Below are positions 1 to 12,800 of a DNA stretch of 64,000 nt, one piece after another (the first letter of the stretch is position 1; each line of letters begins with the position of its first letter). The notes below the pieces were generated by a model that saw only the letters and a program-made list of their open reading frames with translations, did no database searches and was not told the DNA's origin. This DNA comes from Antechinus flavipes (taxonomy: Eukaryota). Made by a program: the position numbers and the translations under genes. Where the stretch lies: the NCBI RefSeq assembly GCF_016432865.1, contig NC_067400.1, positions 611,382,001 through 611,446,000 of the forward strand, written 5' to 3'.

Positions 1-250
1 CTGGATGCAGATTTTTTCATCTCAATTATATTGGAATTGCCTTGAAGGAGCTCATTATTGAAAAGAGCCAAGTCCATCACAGTCCATCACAACATAATCT
101 TGTTGTTGCTGTGTACAATGTTCTCTTGGTTGTATTCGCTTCACTTAGCATCGGTTCATGCAAGTCTTTCCAGGCTTTTCTGAAATCATCATTTTACATA
201 GAATAATAAAGCCAGCCATTCCCCAACTGATGGGCCTCCACTCAGCTTCC
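1..250 (-). mobile_element. Old L1 3' fragment
   Basis: Resembles the reverse strand of the L1 3' region at 768-1558 (ttcacttagcatcggttcatgcaagtctttccagg vs ttcattcagcatcagttcatgtcagtctctccag). Boundaries approximate. Confidence 0.6.
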
Positions 251-624
251 AATTCCAAAGAGGTTTATTAGCAAAACTATTTACCCCGATCTATAAAAAA
301 CAATGTCTTCTTTACCAGCGGATTAATTAGCATTTGTTTTGCTCCTATTATGTATCTTCTCAGATAGAATATAGAGAAGTAACTTAGTTAGTTCCTGGAA
401 ACTATTCAGAATCCTGTGATTCCCTTTTGCAATCATAAAGTGATTGGGGGAGGGAGAGGACGCATGAAGGAGGACCTTCAGTACATTTTGTGCAAATATA
501 ACACAAAATGGAGTCTGTTGTGTTCTCCCCAAAATCTGCTTCCAATAAAACACTTGGTAATATGCTTGGATTCCATATAAAACCTTTCCGTGGGAGAATT
601 TATACTCCATTGGCAGAGTTTGAC

Positions 625-751
625 AGCCCAGAGTCACCTCAATTAGATGTCAGTAAGGACCTTAACGTCCCTTAAATCCAATTCGTCCAAAGTCAAGATA
701 CTCCATGATGTCACTGGTCTTCTTTGACAATGAAGGAGGAACAACGACAAC
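625..751 (+). mobile_element. RTE-type SINE/LINE 3' end fragment
   Basis: Ends gtcactggtctctttgacaatgaaggaggaacaacgacaac, a (CAA)n-like tail typical of RTE-related marsupial elements. Family recalled, not searched. Confidence 0.45.
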
Positions 752-767
752 GGTGAGACTTTTTCTT

Positions 768-1558
768 TTTTTTTTCTTTTTAAAATTTTATTTAATAATA
801 ACTTTATATTGACAGAATCCATGCCAGGGTAATTTTTTACAACATTATCCCTTGCACTCACTTCTGTTCCGATTTTTCCCCTCCCTCCCTCCACCCCCTC
901 CCCTAGATGGCAAGCAGTCCTATATATGTTAGATATGTTGCAGTATATCCTAGATACAATATATGTGTGCAGAACCGAACAGTTCTCTTGTTTCACAGGG
1001 AGAATTGGATTCAGAAGGTAAATATAACCCAGGAAGAAAATCAAAGATGCAAATAGTTCATATTCATTTCCCAGTGTTGTTTCTTTGGGTGGAGCTGCTT
1101 CTGTCCATCATTTATCAATTGAAACTGAGTTAGATCTCTTTGTCAAAGAAATCCACTTCCATCAGAATACATCCTCATACAATATCGTTGTTGTCGAAGT
1201 GTATAATGATCTCTTGGTTCTGCTCATTTCATTCAGCATCAGTTCATGTCAGTCTCTCCAGTCCTCTCTGTATTCATCCTGCTGGTCATTTCTTACAGAA
1301 CAATAATATTCCATAACATTCATATACCACAATTTACTCAACCATTCTCCAATTGATGGGCATCCATTCAATTTCCAGTTTCTAGCCACTACAAACAGGG
1401 CTGCCACAAACATTTTGGCACATACAGGTCCCTTTCCCTTCTTTAGTATTTCTTTGGGATATAAGCCCAATAGAAACACTGCTGGATCAAAGGGTATGCA
1501 CAGTTTGATAACTTTTTGGGCATAATTCCAGATTGCTCTCCAGAATGGTTGGATTCGT
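768..1558 (-). mobile_element. 5'-truncated young L1 with target-site duplication
   Basis: Poly-T tail at left. ORF 1249-1479 (LLGLYPKE...CPSIGEWLSKLWYMNVMEYY) is the L1 ORF2 C-terminus. 16-bp TSD GGTGAGACT(T/C)TTTCTT at 752-767 and 1559-1574 (1 mismatch). Confidence 0.92.
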
Positions 1559-2259
1559 GGTGAGACTCTTTCTTGTAGGAAACTGGAAAATACATTGGTA
1601 AGTGCAGCAATGATGGTTTGGTGGTATTATTTGTCCCGATCTTACTTGGAAATTGTTGCCTAAATGTATCTCTCAGTATAAACAATTTATCTCTTTAGCA
1701 AGATGTTGTAAAAAACGGATTAGTAATAATATTTAAAATTACCCCTTTTTATTATTTAGCTCTGAATCCCTACCCAGAGACAGTTTTGTAGCAAAACACT
1801 AGTTTTATACATACCCCTTCTTTCCGGGAATAACCCCTCAATTTATTCCCAGTAAGTGCCGTAAATTAGCAATGACTATGGTTAACACTGTTTATCACAA
1901 CTGCTGACTTAAAAGAAAACTGAAATGTTTAAAAGAAAAAAAAAAGCTCTAAATAAACTTTTTTTTTTTTTGGTAAATAAAAAAGCTTTATTAAAAAAAT
2001 GAAAAAAAAATCTGGGAAAAAATAACCCAACAACATAAAGCATTATTTGCAATTGCCCTTTGTGTACACGTGTCATTTAATCCAATGCATGTCATGAATC
2101 AATAGAAATATAAATCTATTTAATAGTAATTAGCTTTTAATTAGAGTTGAAAAGAATGAATTTCTATCTCTAAGTGGGAGTTTGTCCAATTTCTTTTTTA
2201 TTTTTTGACCTCCCACACGTGTCAACATTTTTATAATATTCTGTTAAAAATAAGAATAC

Positions 2260-2420
2260 AGATGATAGTGCAGTAGATAGACTGATAGGTCTTAAGACAT
2301 GAAGACCCGAGTTTTAATCTTAACTCAGAAACTTGATAGTCAAGCCAAGGGATCTCTGATTATCTCAGTTTCTTTCTCTGTAAAATGGGTTCTCACAAGG
2401 ATAAAGCAAGACAATATTGA
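2260..2420 (+). mobile_element. Degenerate CORE-SINE (MIR/MAR-like)
   Basis: tRNA-like head (gtgcagtagatag...gaagacccgagttttaatc) plus CORE motif tctcagtttc...ctgtaaaatggg. Confidence 0.65.
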
Positions 2421-4010
2421 TAGTGATTTAGTGAGACACTATCTGGTCCAAGGTGGGTTTCCACCTAGTGGTTTGTGTTGTCAGTCCCACCAGTCTGTGA
2501 TCTTCATAGGAGCAGGGGACACCCTTTGCAACTCTCTTTTGGTTCTTACATGCCAAGATCTGGCATATATCAGGCTCATAAAGGCTTCTTAACTTGAAGT
2601 TCTAAGGAAGAGTGGTGTTAGAATATCAACCCACGTCTTCTGAGCCCAAATGTAGGGACCTTTCCATTATATCATGCTGCCTTGCAAGTAGGTGACCGGG
2701 TGGAAAAGAAGGATCCAATATGGCTAAGAACCCATCCCTAGTCATCTTTTTTTTTTTTTCTCATCCTCCAAGTAATGTTATAGCTAAGGAAGGCTAAATA
2801 TGGAAGGCATTAGCACTAGCACATCTTGTCCCAATGTTCTTTACCTAAGTTACTAAATAAACTTTTAAGACCGATTTTCCTTGTGCCCCGAGAAAAAGCT
2901 TCATACTCCTATTTGGGATTCCAATGAGAGTAAAAAAATTAGATAGAATGACTATTCTGGGGTCTATAGTCTGGAGTCTATTATGTTCAATCCCAACTAT
3001 GTGATTATGCTAATTTAACAAACTCACATAATTAACTGTCCTGATGCTTTCTTGACTTGATTTCCAGCCTACCTCCTACCCATAAGTCCCCTTCCAAAGT
3101 TAGAGTGCCTAGGTCCGCTCCCTCCTGATATAAATATAATAAATAAAATCAGTGGAGGGATGTAGACAAAGCGCTCAAGGGAAATCTGAGGAGTGAGACA
3201 ATGTTTTCAGCTGGGCAGAAGAGGAAGTTTTCATGGTTATAACCACTAAGTTAGGTCTTAAAGGAAGGGAAAGATCGATATTCATTTATAAATGTTTAAT
3301 TTACTATTGTTTAATATTTCAACATTATTACCTAATTATTGTTTGGCCTTTATTGTTTAATAAATGCTCATCTGCTGTGGGATGAAATGATGGGAAACTA
3401 AATAGTCTCCCACCCTCAAGCAGCCTATGGCCTAATTCATTCACCAAATATCTATTTTTTAAGTTTATATTGATAGCTTTTGTTTTTACGTCACTGATAT
3501 TTCCCAAGATATCTTCCGCCCTTCTCTTCCCAGAGATCCATCCCTAATAATGAGATTAAAAAGAGAAGAAAATACAACCAACCAACACGTCAAAGAAATG
3601 AAATATTTTATGCAATACTCTGCACCCATAAGACCCCATCTCTTGCTTTTTTTGTTTTTGTTTTTTAAATTTTTGTTTAATTCTCCAAGCTCGTCCTTGG
3701 GGCCAAGCTTAGTCATGATAACATCAGATCTTCCATTTAGTTTCAACGAACATTTATTTAACATATATTATAGGCCTGGCACTGTGCCGGCCTTCAAGGA
3801 GCATCCCTTATACGCATTCAATTTAATTATCACTTATAACATCATAGATTTTAGAACTGGGAGAGACTATTTGATCCAATCTGATCATTTCACAGATGAG
3901 GGAACTGAAGCACAGAGGTTTGCCTAATATTGTACAGGTGATAAGTACCTGAATTTATTCAAGTTTTTTCTGACTCCAGGTGCAGGGGAATCAACGAGAT
4001 CACACTTTAA

Positions 4011-4265
4011 TTGTTGTTATTAAGTCAAATCCAACACTTCACGACTCCATTTGGGATTTTCTTGGCAAAGATTCTGAAGTGATTTGCCATTTCCTTCTCC
4101 GAAGGTAGATTTTGCAGATGAGGAAACTGAGTCAAACAGGATGAAGTGACTTTGCCCAGAATCACACAACTTATAAGTGTCTGGGGTAGGATTTGAACTC
4201 TGGAAGTTGAGTCTTCCTGATTTCAGGAACAGAGCTTTATTCACTATGGCGCCACCTAGAAGTGC
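4011..4265 (-). mobile_element. MAR1-like CORE-SINE with RTE-type tail
   Basis: ttgttgtt tail, gggattttcttggcaaagat, CORE gatgaggaaactgag, head ending gccacctag. Confidence 0.8.
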
Positions 4266-5079
4266 ATTGCATAACACTATCTCTTATTTATTACTCTCAT
4301 GCCTTGTGGACCATGGACTGAGCAGTTTCTTAAACTTTTCCATTGGAAACCTCTTTTCTCCAGAGAAAGACCCCAAGTATATAGATATATAAAATAGGTC
4401 TGCAAATCAAACATTTCCTAATAATAAATCATTAAAAATATATTTTAAAACAATTCTTCGGGATACGCGTGATTTACCATTTATTAAAGAGAAAAGCAAA
4501 TTTGCATATTAATTGGATGGACATACTTGTTTATTTTTACCTAAGGACTTAAATCTTGGAGTAATATTTGTTGCCAAATTTTTCAATGACAACCGACAGT
4601 TTAAGAAGCTTTGGGCTGGGTCAGGTGAGGGGATTTTCAGCCCTAATTCTAAAACTTTCAGAGGAGGTGAATCTGTAGCTCCCCACTAAAGTGAATTAGC
4701 TTCACTTCCCCTCCCTCCCACAAATGCCAGGCCCTTTGCTGGGCATTGGGGTTACAAAAACTAGAGGGAAGTTGTCTTTGCCCTCAGCTAGGTCAGTGAC
4801 CCGGAGTCAGGAAGGTGTGAGGTTCAAATTTTGCCTCGGAGACTTGCTTCCTTTTTGATAATGGGCTAGTCATTCTTTATGCCTCAGTTTCCTCATCTGT
4901 AAAATGGGGATAACAGCATTTCCTTCCCAAGTTGGTTGTGAAGATCAAATGAGTTAGCAACCTTAAAGCGCCCCATAAATGCCCTTACTTTCCAATGAAA
5001 GGGAATAAAAATAAGCCAGAAGGGCAAATAGAGAAGCGGTCATGGGGGAGAAAGTCATACCAGTAAGTGTGTGACAGAG

Positions 5080-6420
5080 CTCTGAGCCGGGGACTCCGAC
5101 TAGCTATGCGGCCTCCGGTACTCCCCAATAACCACAGATCCAGCTTTGTCTACACAGTCTCTGGTACTCGTTAGTGGGCAGAGTTTTTTTTAAAAGGTGG
5201 GGGGGAGTGCTTGGGAGGGGGGGCGTTCCTGCCCCCTAGGAAATCACTCTCACGGAGCATCTGCAGAGTGTTCCCCCAGTGGCTAACCACTGGTCTCCGG
5301 GCTGCTCGGGGAGGCTTCTGGGTCTCTGGTGGCCCAGCTGATCCCTCCTCCTCCTCCCAGGGAGCGTCTCGCAGGTATGGGGAAGTCTGAGCAAAGGCAG
5401 AGGGGCGACCGAGGGATGACCGACCGCGCGATCGCCCTCTCGGGTGCCCGCCCCCCCTTCTCCGGCTTCCCAGAGCACCTTCGCTTAGGGCCCAGGGCGG
5501 GGTGCTGTGGGAACGGGCTCTCGACGCTTCCCCCCAGGGCGCACGAGGTGGAAGATGCGGGTCCGGCAAGCGCTCGCGGGAGTTAGAGGAAGGGCGTGGG
5601 GGGAGGGGGTCTGAGAAACTTTATTGGGGCTGGAGGCCCATCCCGAGAATCATTTCTCCCGTTCGATCCCCACCCCCTCCGCCCCCCACGGAGCCCGGGA
5701 GGAGTTCCAGCCCCTCCCCCTTCGGGATTCCTCTCCCTTCCCCGAGCCTGCCCCAGCAGCCCCGGCCCGGCCTCTGAGCAAACCCGGCCTGACCCCGGGG
5801 CGGGCCCTGGGCGGGGCATCGGCTCCTGCCAAGGTGTGTTTGTCCCGGGCTGAGCAAACATTTGCGGAGGGAGGGGGGCGGGGGGCGGGGAGGAATGCGC
5901 CCCGGGCCGCGGCGGCTGCGGGCGTGGGAAAGCGCTGCTCGTTCCAACCTCGCCCCCTCCCCCCCTGGCCCTGGCCCGGGGAGAGTCAATAAGGGCCGCG
6001 CCAGGGACTCGGCGCGCTGATAACCGGAGCGGGGGCCCCCAGCGGCCCGCCGCCAGCGGGGGAGGTCACCTCCTCCTGCTGGAACGACAGTCTCCTCCCT
6101 CCCCCCTCCAGAAGGATATCCACTCTCCAGGGGAGCGGGAAAAGGGGGGGCGCGGGCTGCCCTTGACCTTCAGACTCGGGCCCTGCTTGAGTAGTCCAAG
6201 CTGCGAAGAGTCTCTGGCCTCTGGGCCGCTGCTGGGGGCGTCCCAGTTTGTAGCCTAGGGTCCAGAATCCCCCTCCTGGGACTTCTTTTTGTCAGTTTCC
6301 TACCGCCATCTTCCCCCTCTTTAAGCTGGGAAAGGTGGCCCTCCCGGTGCGGGCCGCCTCCCCAGTCAGCCCTTGGGGCTTCCCGCCCAGCCCTAAATCT
6401 CTCTGCCCTTTGGGCGCGGT
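5080..6420. promoter_or_regulatory. Orphan CpG island
   Basis: Dense CpG and GC boxes; RBPJ-type sites TGTGGGAA (5506-5513) and CGTGGGAAA (5923-5931). No coding exon recognised. Confidence 0.7.
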
Positions 6421-9034
6421 CCTGGGTAGGGAGGAGGGGGGGAATAGTTGGTTCCCCCTTGATTTTCTTTTGGGTTCGGGGGACCCAAACTTCCCTGGCC
6501 CTTCAGAGGGCACTCGTCCTGGCGGGGTCTGCAAGGAGGAGGCAGCTGAGATTGGAGGCTTGGAGGAACACAGCCCCTGGCTGCCGGGACCAGAAACAGG
6601 GTGGAAGATGGATCTTTGGACCCAGGAGTCCCAAGGACACCTCGTTAAACTGCTGTATCTTCTGTCCCAAAGGTACTGAGAAGATTGCATCTGGAGGCTG
6701 GAGCCCCCTCCCGCTCTCTCACCCAGGGAATCGTCTGGAAGTCTCCTTTTTGTAGCGTAAAACCGCTGGCCTCCTGCTGGGCGGGCGGAAGTCCCACAGG
6801 CCCGGTCCTGGGCTATTGGATCCTCAGATCTGGACGCCTTAAGGCACCCTGGCATCTAAGGCTCCGATGGAGGCCACAATAAAGAAGCGGAGGAGGCCAG
6901 AGGCCCGGGTTTTCCCCCAGCCTTTGTTTGCAATGAACTTCTAAGTGTGTGGAGAACTAGGGGGCAAGGCCTTCAGCCCTCCGGAGGTTCCCAACATCCG
7001 GCCCCAGGGCTTGGCCCCTGGGATTAAGTGATAGAAAGGAGTTTAGCCCTTTTTCCTCAGGTGAGAAGGGAGTCTGGCAGATTCCAGGATCCCCTCTGAG
7101 CCAGAGTTGGGGGGTGGGGCAGGGTTAGGTTGCTCAATAAGGAATGGCAGGCCGAGGTCAGAGATCACCTCTGGCGAGGAGGAGGAGGAGAGTTTGGGGG
7201 TTGGGTTTGACTTCGGGTCACCTCTCCGTTCACCACCTGCTCAGCCCTCAGGGAGTGGGTGGTCAGTGGCGTGAGGGTGGGGTTGGGGTGGGGGGCAAGG
7301 GCTGCTCCAGGACCTGGAGGGGCAGGGTGAGAGAAGCTATTCCGGGCGGGGTCAGTTTTTTGCCTTAAACTGTCCCAGATGCTCCAGCTGGGGTCCTGAC
7401 ACTCCAGGAGAGCAGGGGGTGTGGGGGGGATGGGAGGGAGGAGCAGGGGCTGAGAACCAGAGCTTCTAAAGGACTTCAGTCGCTCCCCACCCCCACCCCT
7501 GCTCCAGTCTGGCCCCCAGCCCGAGGTCCCCTCCCAGGATACCCCGTCTTTTCTCCCTGAGGTTGCTGTTTCTGCTCCAGGAAACCTTTTGTAGGCAGGA
7601 CCTGGAGGGTGGGAAGGAAACCCAGGCATTGTGCCCAGGGTGGGGCTTGGTTTCCCAACTGAGGAATGGGGCTAGGGCGGCCCTGGACTTGGACTTGCCA
7701 TATCTGGAGCAGCCGGGAGAAGGGCTGCATCTGGGTGGGGAGACCCAGTATGGGGGGGTGGGTGTCATAGGCCGGGTCAGAAGTGTCCCCTTCCCCATAG
7801 TCCCAGGTGGGAACGAGAAGAGGGGTCCCTCCCATGGGCCTGGCTGATGAAAGCCTGGGGTGTCTGTGGCTCGGGGCCATTGGCCCGTGCCCCGAGACCC
7901 AGACGGTTTATGGCTGGGGCCCCGAGCCAGGTTTCTCCCCCTTCTCTCTGACTGTCTGGAAATGTGGGTTCCTAATCTGCCTCTACCTCTGCTCTCCGCC
8001 AGGCTAAGACCCCACAGCCTCTGCCCCTTAGCGTCCCTCAGGGGCGCCCTCTTCCCATCCTCCTCAGCTGCCCCAGCTAAAGGGGCTCCAGGGCCACATC
8101 CTGACAGGAAATGCTGTTTCTGGAGCTCTGCCCAAAAGAAACAGGACCAGAAAGGGGCCTTCCCATCAATCTCATGTTTGGCAGCCATGGATCCGGTCTG
8201 GAGGAAGAGGGCTTGGGTTCTAGTTAAGAAGCATTAAAGGGCCCCCTGTGTGTCAGCCTGTGTGTCCTTCCTTTTAGAAAAGAACCAGTGACATCTTGGG
8301 CTGGGGCTTGACATCTGAGAGCTTGACAACTCTCTCTTCCAGTGTCAGGACAAAAGTCAGGAAGGGTGGCAATGGCCGGGATGCAATGGCTGACCTTGGC
8401 CACTCTCATCCATTCTGTGGGGGGAAGTCTTCACACACCCCCACCCCCTCTCCTAGCTCAAACATTCACTTGCTGAATGACCTTGAACATTTAATTCCTT
8501 CCTCTGAGCCTCAGTTTCCTCATCTGTAGAATTGGATCTATTCTGGGGCTAAATCTGTGATCTGAACTCTCTTTTCCTTGGCTCTAGTCTTCTAGTACTC
8601 CCCTCCTTTTAGTCTGCTGGTTCATGCTCACACTCTGTCCTGACACAGTCCCAGGCCCCTTCTCAGCATTCCACCTCAGGATCTGCCCTTAAAGCAGTAC
8701 TGCCTCTGTTTTAGGGGAGAACTTGTCAATCAACTCCCCTATGCTTCTGGCTATGTGACCCTGGCCAAGTCACTTAACCTCAATTGCTTCAGGGAAAAAA
8801 ATAGTCTCTGGTCACCAAGAAGATAAGCAAGTGAGCAGCTGTCTCTGTTTTGTATGTGTCCCAAGTGCTAACTAAATGCTTTTCATTCATTCATTCATCA
8901 GTCAAATGAGGAGAATAAACTAGATAGTCCCTCCTAACTCTCAATGATTCTTTCATCTTTGGCTCAGTTTCCCCATCTGTAAAACATAAGAGTTGGAGTC
9001 ATACATTACCCAATTAGAATTTCACAATATTTCT

Positions 9035-9237
9035 GTGTCTAGTCAGGAAGATCTGAGTTTAAATTCACTCTCAAATACTCGCTAGCTGTGTGATCCTGGG
9101 CAAGTCACTTAAATTTTTTTTGCCTCAGTTACTCATCTGTAACATGAGCCAGAGAAGGAAATTGCAAATTGATTTAGTATCACTGCCAAGGAAACCTCAA
9201 ATGGGATCATGAAAAATCAGATATACCTGAACAACAA
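9035..9237 (+). mobile_element. MAR1-like SINE
   Basis: Head agtcaggaagatctgagtttaaattc, CORE tgcctcagttactcatctgtaa, RTE-type end ...cctgaacaaca. Confidence 0.7.
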
Positions 9238-9248
9238 TTTTTACTTAA

Positions 9249-9388
9249 TTTTTTTTGTGAAGCAATTGGGGTTACATGACTTGTCCAGGGTCACATAGCT
9301 AGGAAGTGTTAAGTGTCTAAGGTTGAATTTGAATTCAGAGCCTCCTGACTTCAGGACCAGTGCTGTATCCACTGTGCCATCTAGCTGA
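9249..9388 (-). mobile_element. WSINE1-like SINE inserted at the tail of the MAR1 copy
   Basis: Reverse complement of the 45626 copy type. Flanked by acct(g/a)aacaaca, a probable TSD. Confidence 0.8.
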
Positions 9389-9429
9389 ACCTAAACAACA
9401 TTTATACATTGTTCAATCATGTCTACATA

Positions 9430-9825
9430 TAAATGTTAACTATTATTTGCTATAAAAATAGGCATGTATCTATATGGGTACACGTGTGCGTGTGTGTCTA
9501 GACAGACAATAGACACATCCATGCTTAATTGTAGGCTTTGGGGGTGAGGACGAAGGAAAAGGGAAAAAAGGGATAAAGTAAAAAATGCACAGCAAAGAAC
9601 AAAAAAAAATCTACACAGAAACAAAGAGAAGATGGACAGCTCTGACCACAAGGTGTAGTATTTCTTGAAATGGAAATTTATTGTCTCATATTTTGAATCC
9701 TTTCTTATGTTGTTTTACATGTGATGGTTTTTTCCTTTTCTTTTCTTTTTCTATGTTGTTTTGTTTTTCTTTTTCTATTTTGCCTCTAAATGTTAAATAA
9801 ATGTAATTTCAAAATAAAATAAATT
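9430..9825 (+). mobile_element. L1 3' UTR fragment
   Basis: G-rich then T-rich segment ending aaataaaataaa, the layout of marsupial L1 3' ends. Family recalled. Confidence 0.5.
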
Positions 9826-12800
9826 CAGCATGATGATAGAACCTCCTCTCAGGATTGTGAGGATCAAACTATTTTGAAAATCTTAAGAGTTTTATGTAAA
9901 TGTTTTTGATGATTAATATTTTCATCATCATCCTCCTCACAATTTTAAGGGTAAATAAGTGAGGTTCAGGGGAAGGTAATAAATATGTATAGAGTACCTA
10001 CGATGTGCCAGGTTCTCAGTGTTTTTTTAACAGATATCTCATTTTGAACCTCACAAAATGGAAGGAGGAAGTTGCTATTATTACCCCCATTTTATAGATG
10101 AGGAAACTGTGGCAAACAGAGAAGGTCGTGATTAGACTTTGGTGATTCACCTCATGTCTGAGGTGAGATTCAGATACAGTTCTTTCTTACTCCCAAACAT
10201 CAGATTGAGCTGCTTTTTTCTAGCTTTGATGGCTAGAAATGAGATGCCCTTGTTTCTCCTTGGGGGAGATGGTCCAGTGGAGGTGGAATTCAGCTAGTCA
10301 GCAGGTATTTATTAAGCCCCTACTGTATACCCCTCTTTGTCTTAAGCACTGAATAGATGGAGAAGGTAAAAACCATATGGGTTTGAAATCCCAACCAGGC
10401 TGATCCCTGCTCAGGCCTGAAAATGAAGGCTGAGAAAGAGCTGGACTTGGGTCTCTTCCAGCTAAATGTGACTCCCTACCAGACTCCTGATCCCAGCTTT
10501 CAAGACCATTAGGCTCTGCAATTCCCAGAAAGCTCCCCTCCTTTATTGCTTCCTGGTTTATCCTCACATTATTCCAGATGCCTGGAACGCGGCCCACGTC
10601 TCCCTGTGACTTTCTAGCCACCTCCAGCACCCAGTCCTGGCCCTGTATGACAGAGACGTGTTCTTTCAATACACCTGGGCCAGGAGGGGGAGGAATTGGC
10701 AGAGAGATCCTGTTACTCCCATGAGGCACTGGGGTCCAGGTAGTAAACCTCTCCATCAGTCTCTCACAGACGCCAAGGCAGAAGATTTAAGGAGAGGCAG
10801 TAGCAATCTGCTCTTTCCTATTTCTCCTCTTACCTAGACGCTGAAGAGCCTAGGAGTTCTAGAGCCCTGCTCTGGACTCTGATCCTCAATAAGACCCCCA
10901 AAGACCTTGCCCACTGTAGATCTGAGATCCCCCTTTCCTCCACAATCTTCGAACAGGTGATCTTAACTTAGACTCCTGGAATCTTTTGGATCATAATATG
11001 CAATCATTGAAGAAAATTCTAAATTTCAGTTAGAAATTAGTGCAAATCAGGATGTAATTGTCTTTTTCTCATTCAGGTTTTCCTGAAATATATAAAAAAA
11101 ATTAGTCTCTCTAAGAGGATATTAGTGGCTCTCAAATTTTCTACCTCATAGACTAATAGGATGAATAACACTGATTTAGGATTCAAATAGATTTTGAAGG
11201 CCCCTTAATTTGAGACCCAGAGAAATAAAATAGCTCACCAAATGTCACACAGATAGTAAGTGACTGAACGGGATTTGAACCCATAGTGTGACCTTAAAAC
11301 CCATATTCCTTCCATGGAGGCTGCTTCCTCCTTCCTATAGACTCTGTCAGTTTGGACTATCAGTCACCACATCTGTCCCTCCTCCCCACCAGGTCCTCTT
11401 AGATCCATTTAGATCCTTCTCCAGGGATCCATTTAGATCCCTCCCCCAGAGGACCAGCTCCAGGCCTGTCATACATACCTCCCTCAGCCTTCAGTCTCCC
11501 CATATCTATCCTGAATCCCACTGAAGTCCCGGCCATGACCTCTCAGGCCAGCCTCTAATGCTCCCTTCTCCCGGCCCAGATTTCTCACACTGTCCTTCCC
11601 AGCCCTGCTCTGGGTGGGGCTGCCCACGAGAGAGGGCCTGATTCATGAGCCCTGGCACACACGGAGCGTGTGTGGGCAGCCCCATGATGCCGCAGCCCCA
11701 GGAGGGGAAGGGGCTGCAGTTGTCTCGTGGTCAGTGGGAGGCCGGGGCAGGCAGGATGTGTGCGCTGAGGCAGCAGAGGCTCTGGGTGAACGGGCCAGAG
11801 GCCAAGGACTCAAAGGTGAAGCTTGTCCCGGGCTTCCTGCCAGGACTGCAGAAGGGGAAGGCTGTTCTGTTCTGGGGAGTGGGAACTCAAGTCTGGAGAG
11901 GGCAGACATCCGGGAGGGCAGAGAGCTTGCGGCTACTTCCAAGAAGGCCTCGGCCAGGCCTTCCCCATGGGGCTCCAAGCCCTCCCAGGGCCCTCTGGAT
12001 TAAGCCTGAGACCCCAGCTGGCCTTTGCCCCTGGTCATTGATAAAGGAGGTAGTTACCCCCAGGGTCCCAACAAGCACCCATCTGCCTTCCCACAGCATG
12101 CTGGGAAGGAGCAAGCCCTAGCTGAGTTGGATCAGGCCCTCTGGTCTGAGGCTGGGGAAAGGAGGTGGGGGAAGTCTTCAGAAATGTCATCACTATTCTT
12201 CTTGGCCTGAATCCCTGCTTAGGGATGGTTAGGGAGGAGGGGGAGAAGAGCAGTGTTGGGCCTTCCTCACTGTACCCCCCTCTCTCCTCCCTCCCCTGCC
12301 CTGGGAAGGCTTTATTCTGAAGTCAGTTTTTCTAGATCCTTCCCTCCCCTAGGAGAGGGCTCCCAGCAGCTCCAGAAGGCCCCTAAGGCCGGCCCAGACG
12401 GAACCACATTTCCCCCTCTTCCCCATGAATCCTTTCTTTCAAGATCACAGGAAGAGCTAGAAAGGAAGTTAAGGATCATCCAGACCAGCCTTTCTTTTCA
12501 TCTTTTCATCTTCCCATCACAGACCTCTTTGATAGTCTGGCAAGTTCCTTTCAGGCCATTGTTTTTTGCTTTTGGCTTTTTGTTTTTCAAAGGGGGCTGC
12601 TTATATTGAATAAAGATGTAATCCCCCCTCTCAAGCATCTAAGATCAGACCTTGAGCTAGTCCAGACCCCCCATTTTACAGAATTAATGTTTAAAATGTG
12701 GAAGTGACTGGCCCAAGGTCACCTCACATCAAGAAGCCAAGTCTGGCTTCCGACCCGGGTTCCACTTCCATACGGCCTGACCATCTATTCCAGGTTCTGC

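Noticed and set aside
323-637. 104-aa minus-strand ORF and neighbouring non-repeat DNA
   Set aside because: No recognisable domain, non-ATG start in the track, runs into a SINE tail, no supporting splice structure.
6685-6882. ORF ending WRPQ-stop, considered as a HES4 remnant (WRPW motif)
   Set aside because: No bHLH or Orange-domain sequence found in 1-19 kb, and WRPQ needs two changes from WRPW. HES4 is probably outside the window.
10298-10756. 152-aa minus-strand ORF with protein-like composition
   Set aside because: No family recognised; its 3' end lies in an L2-like fragment; no exon boundaries support it.
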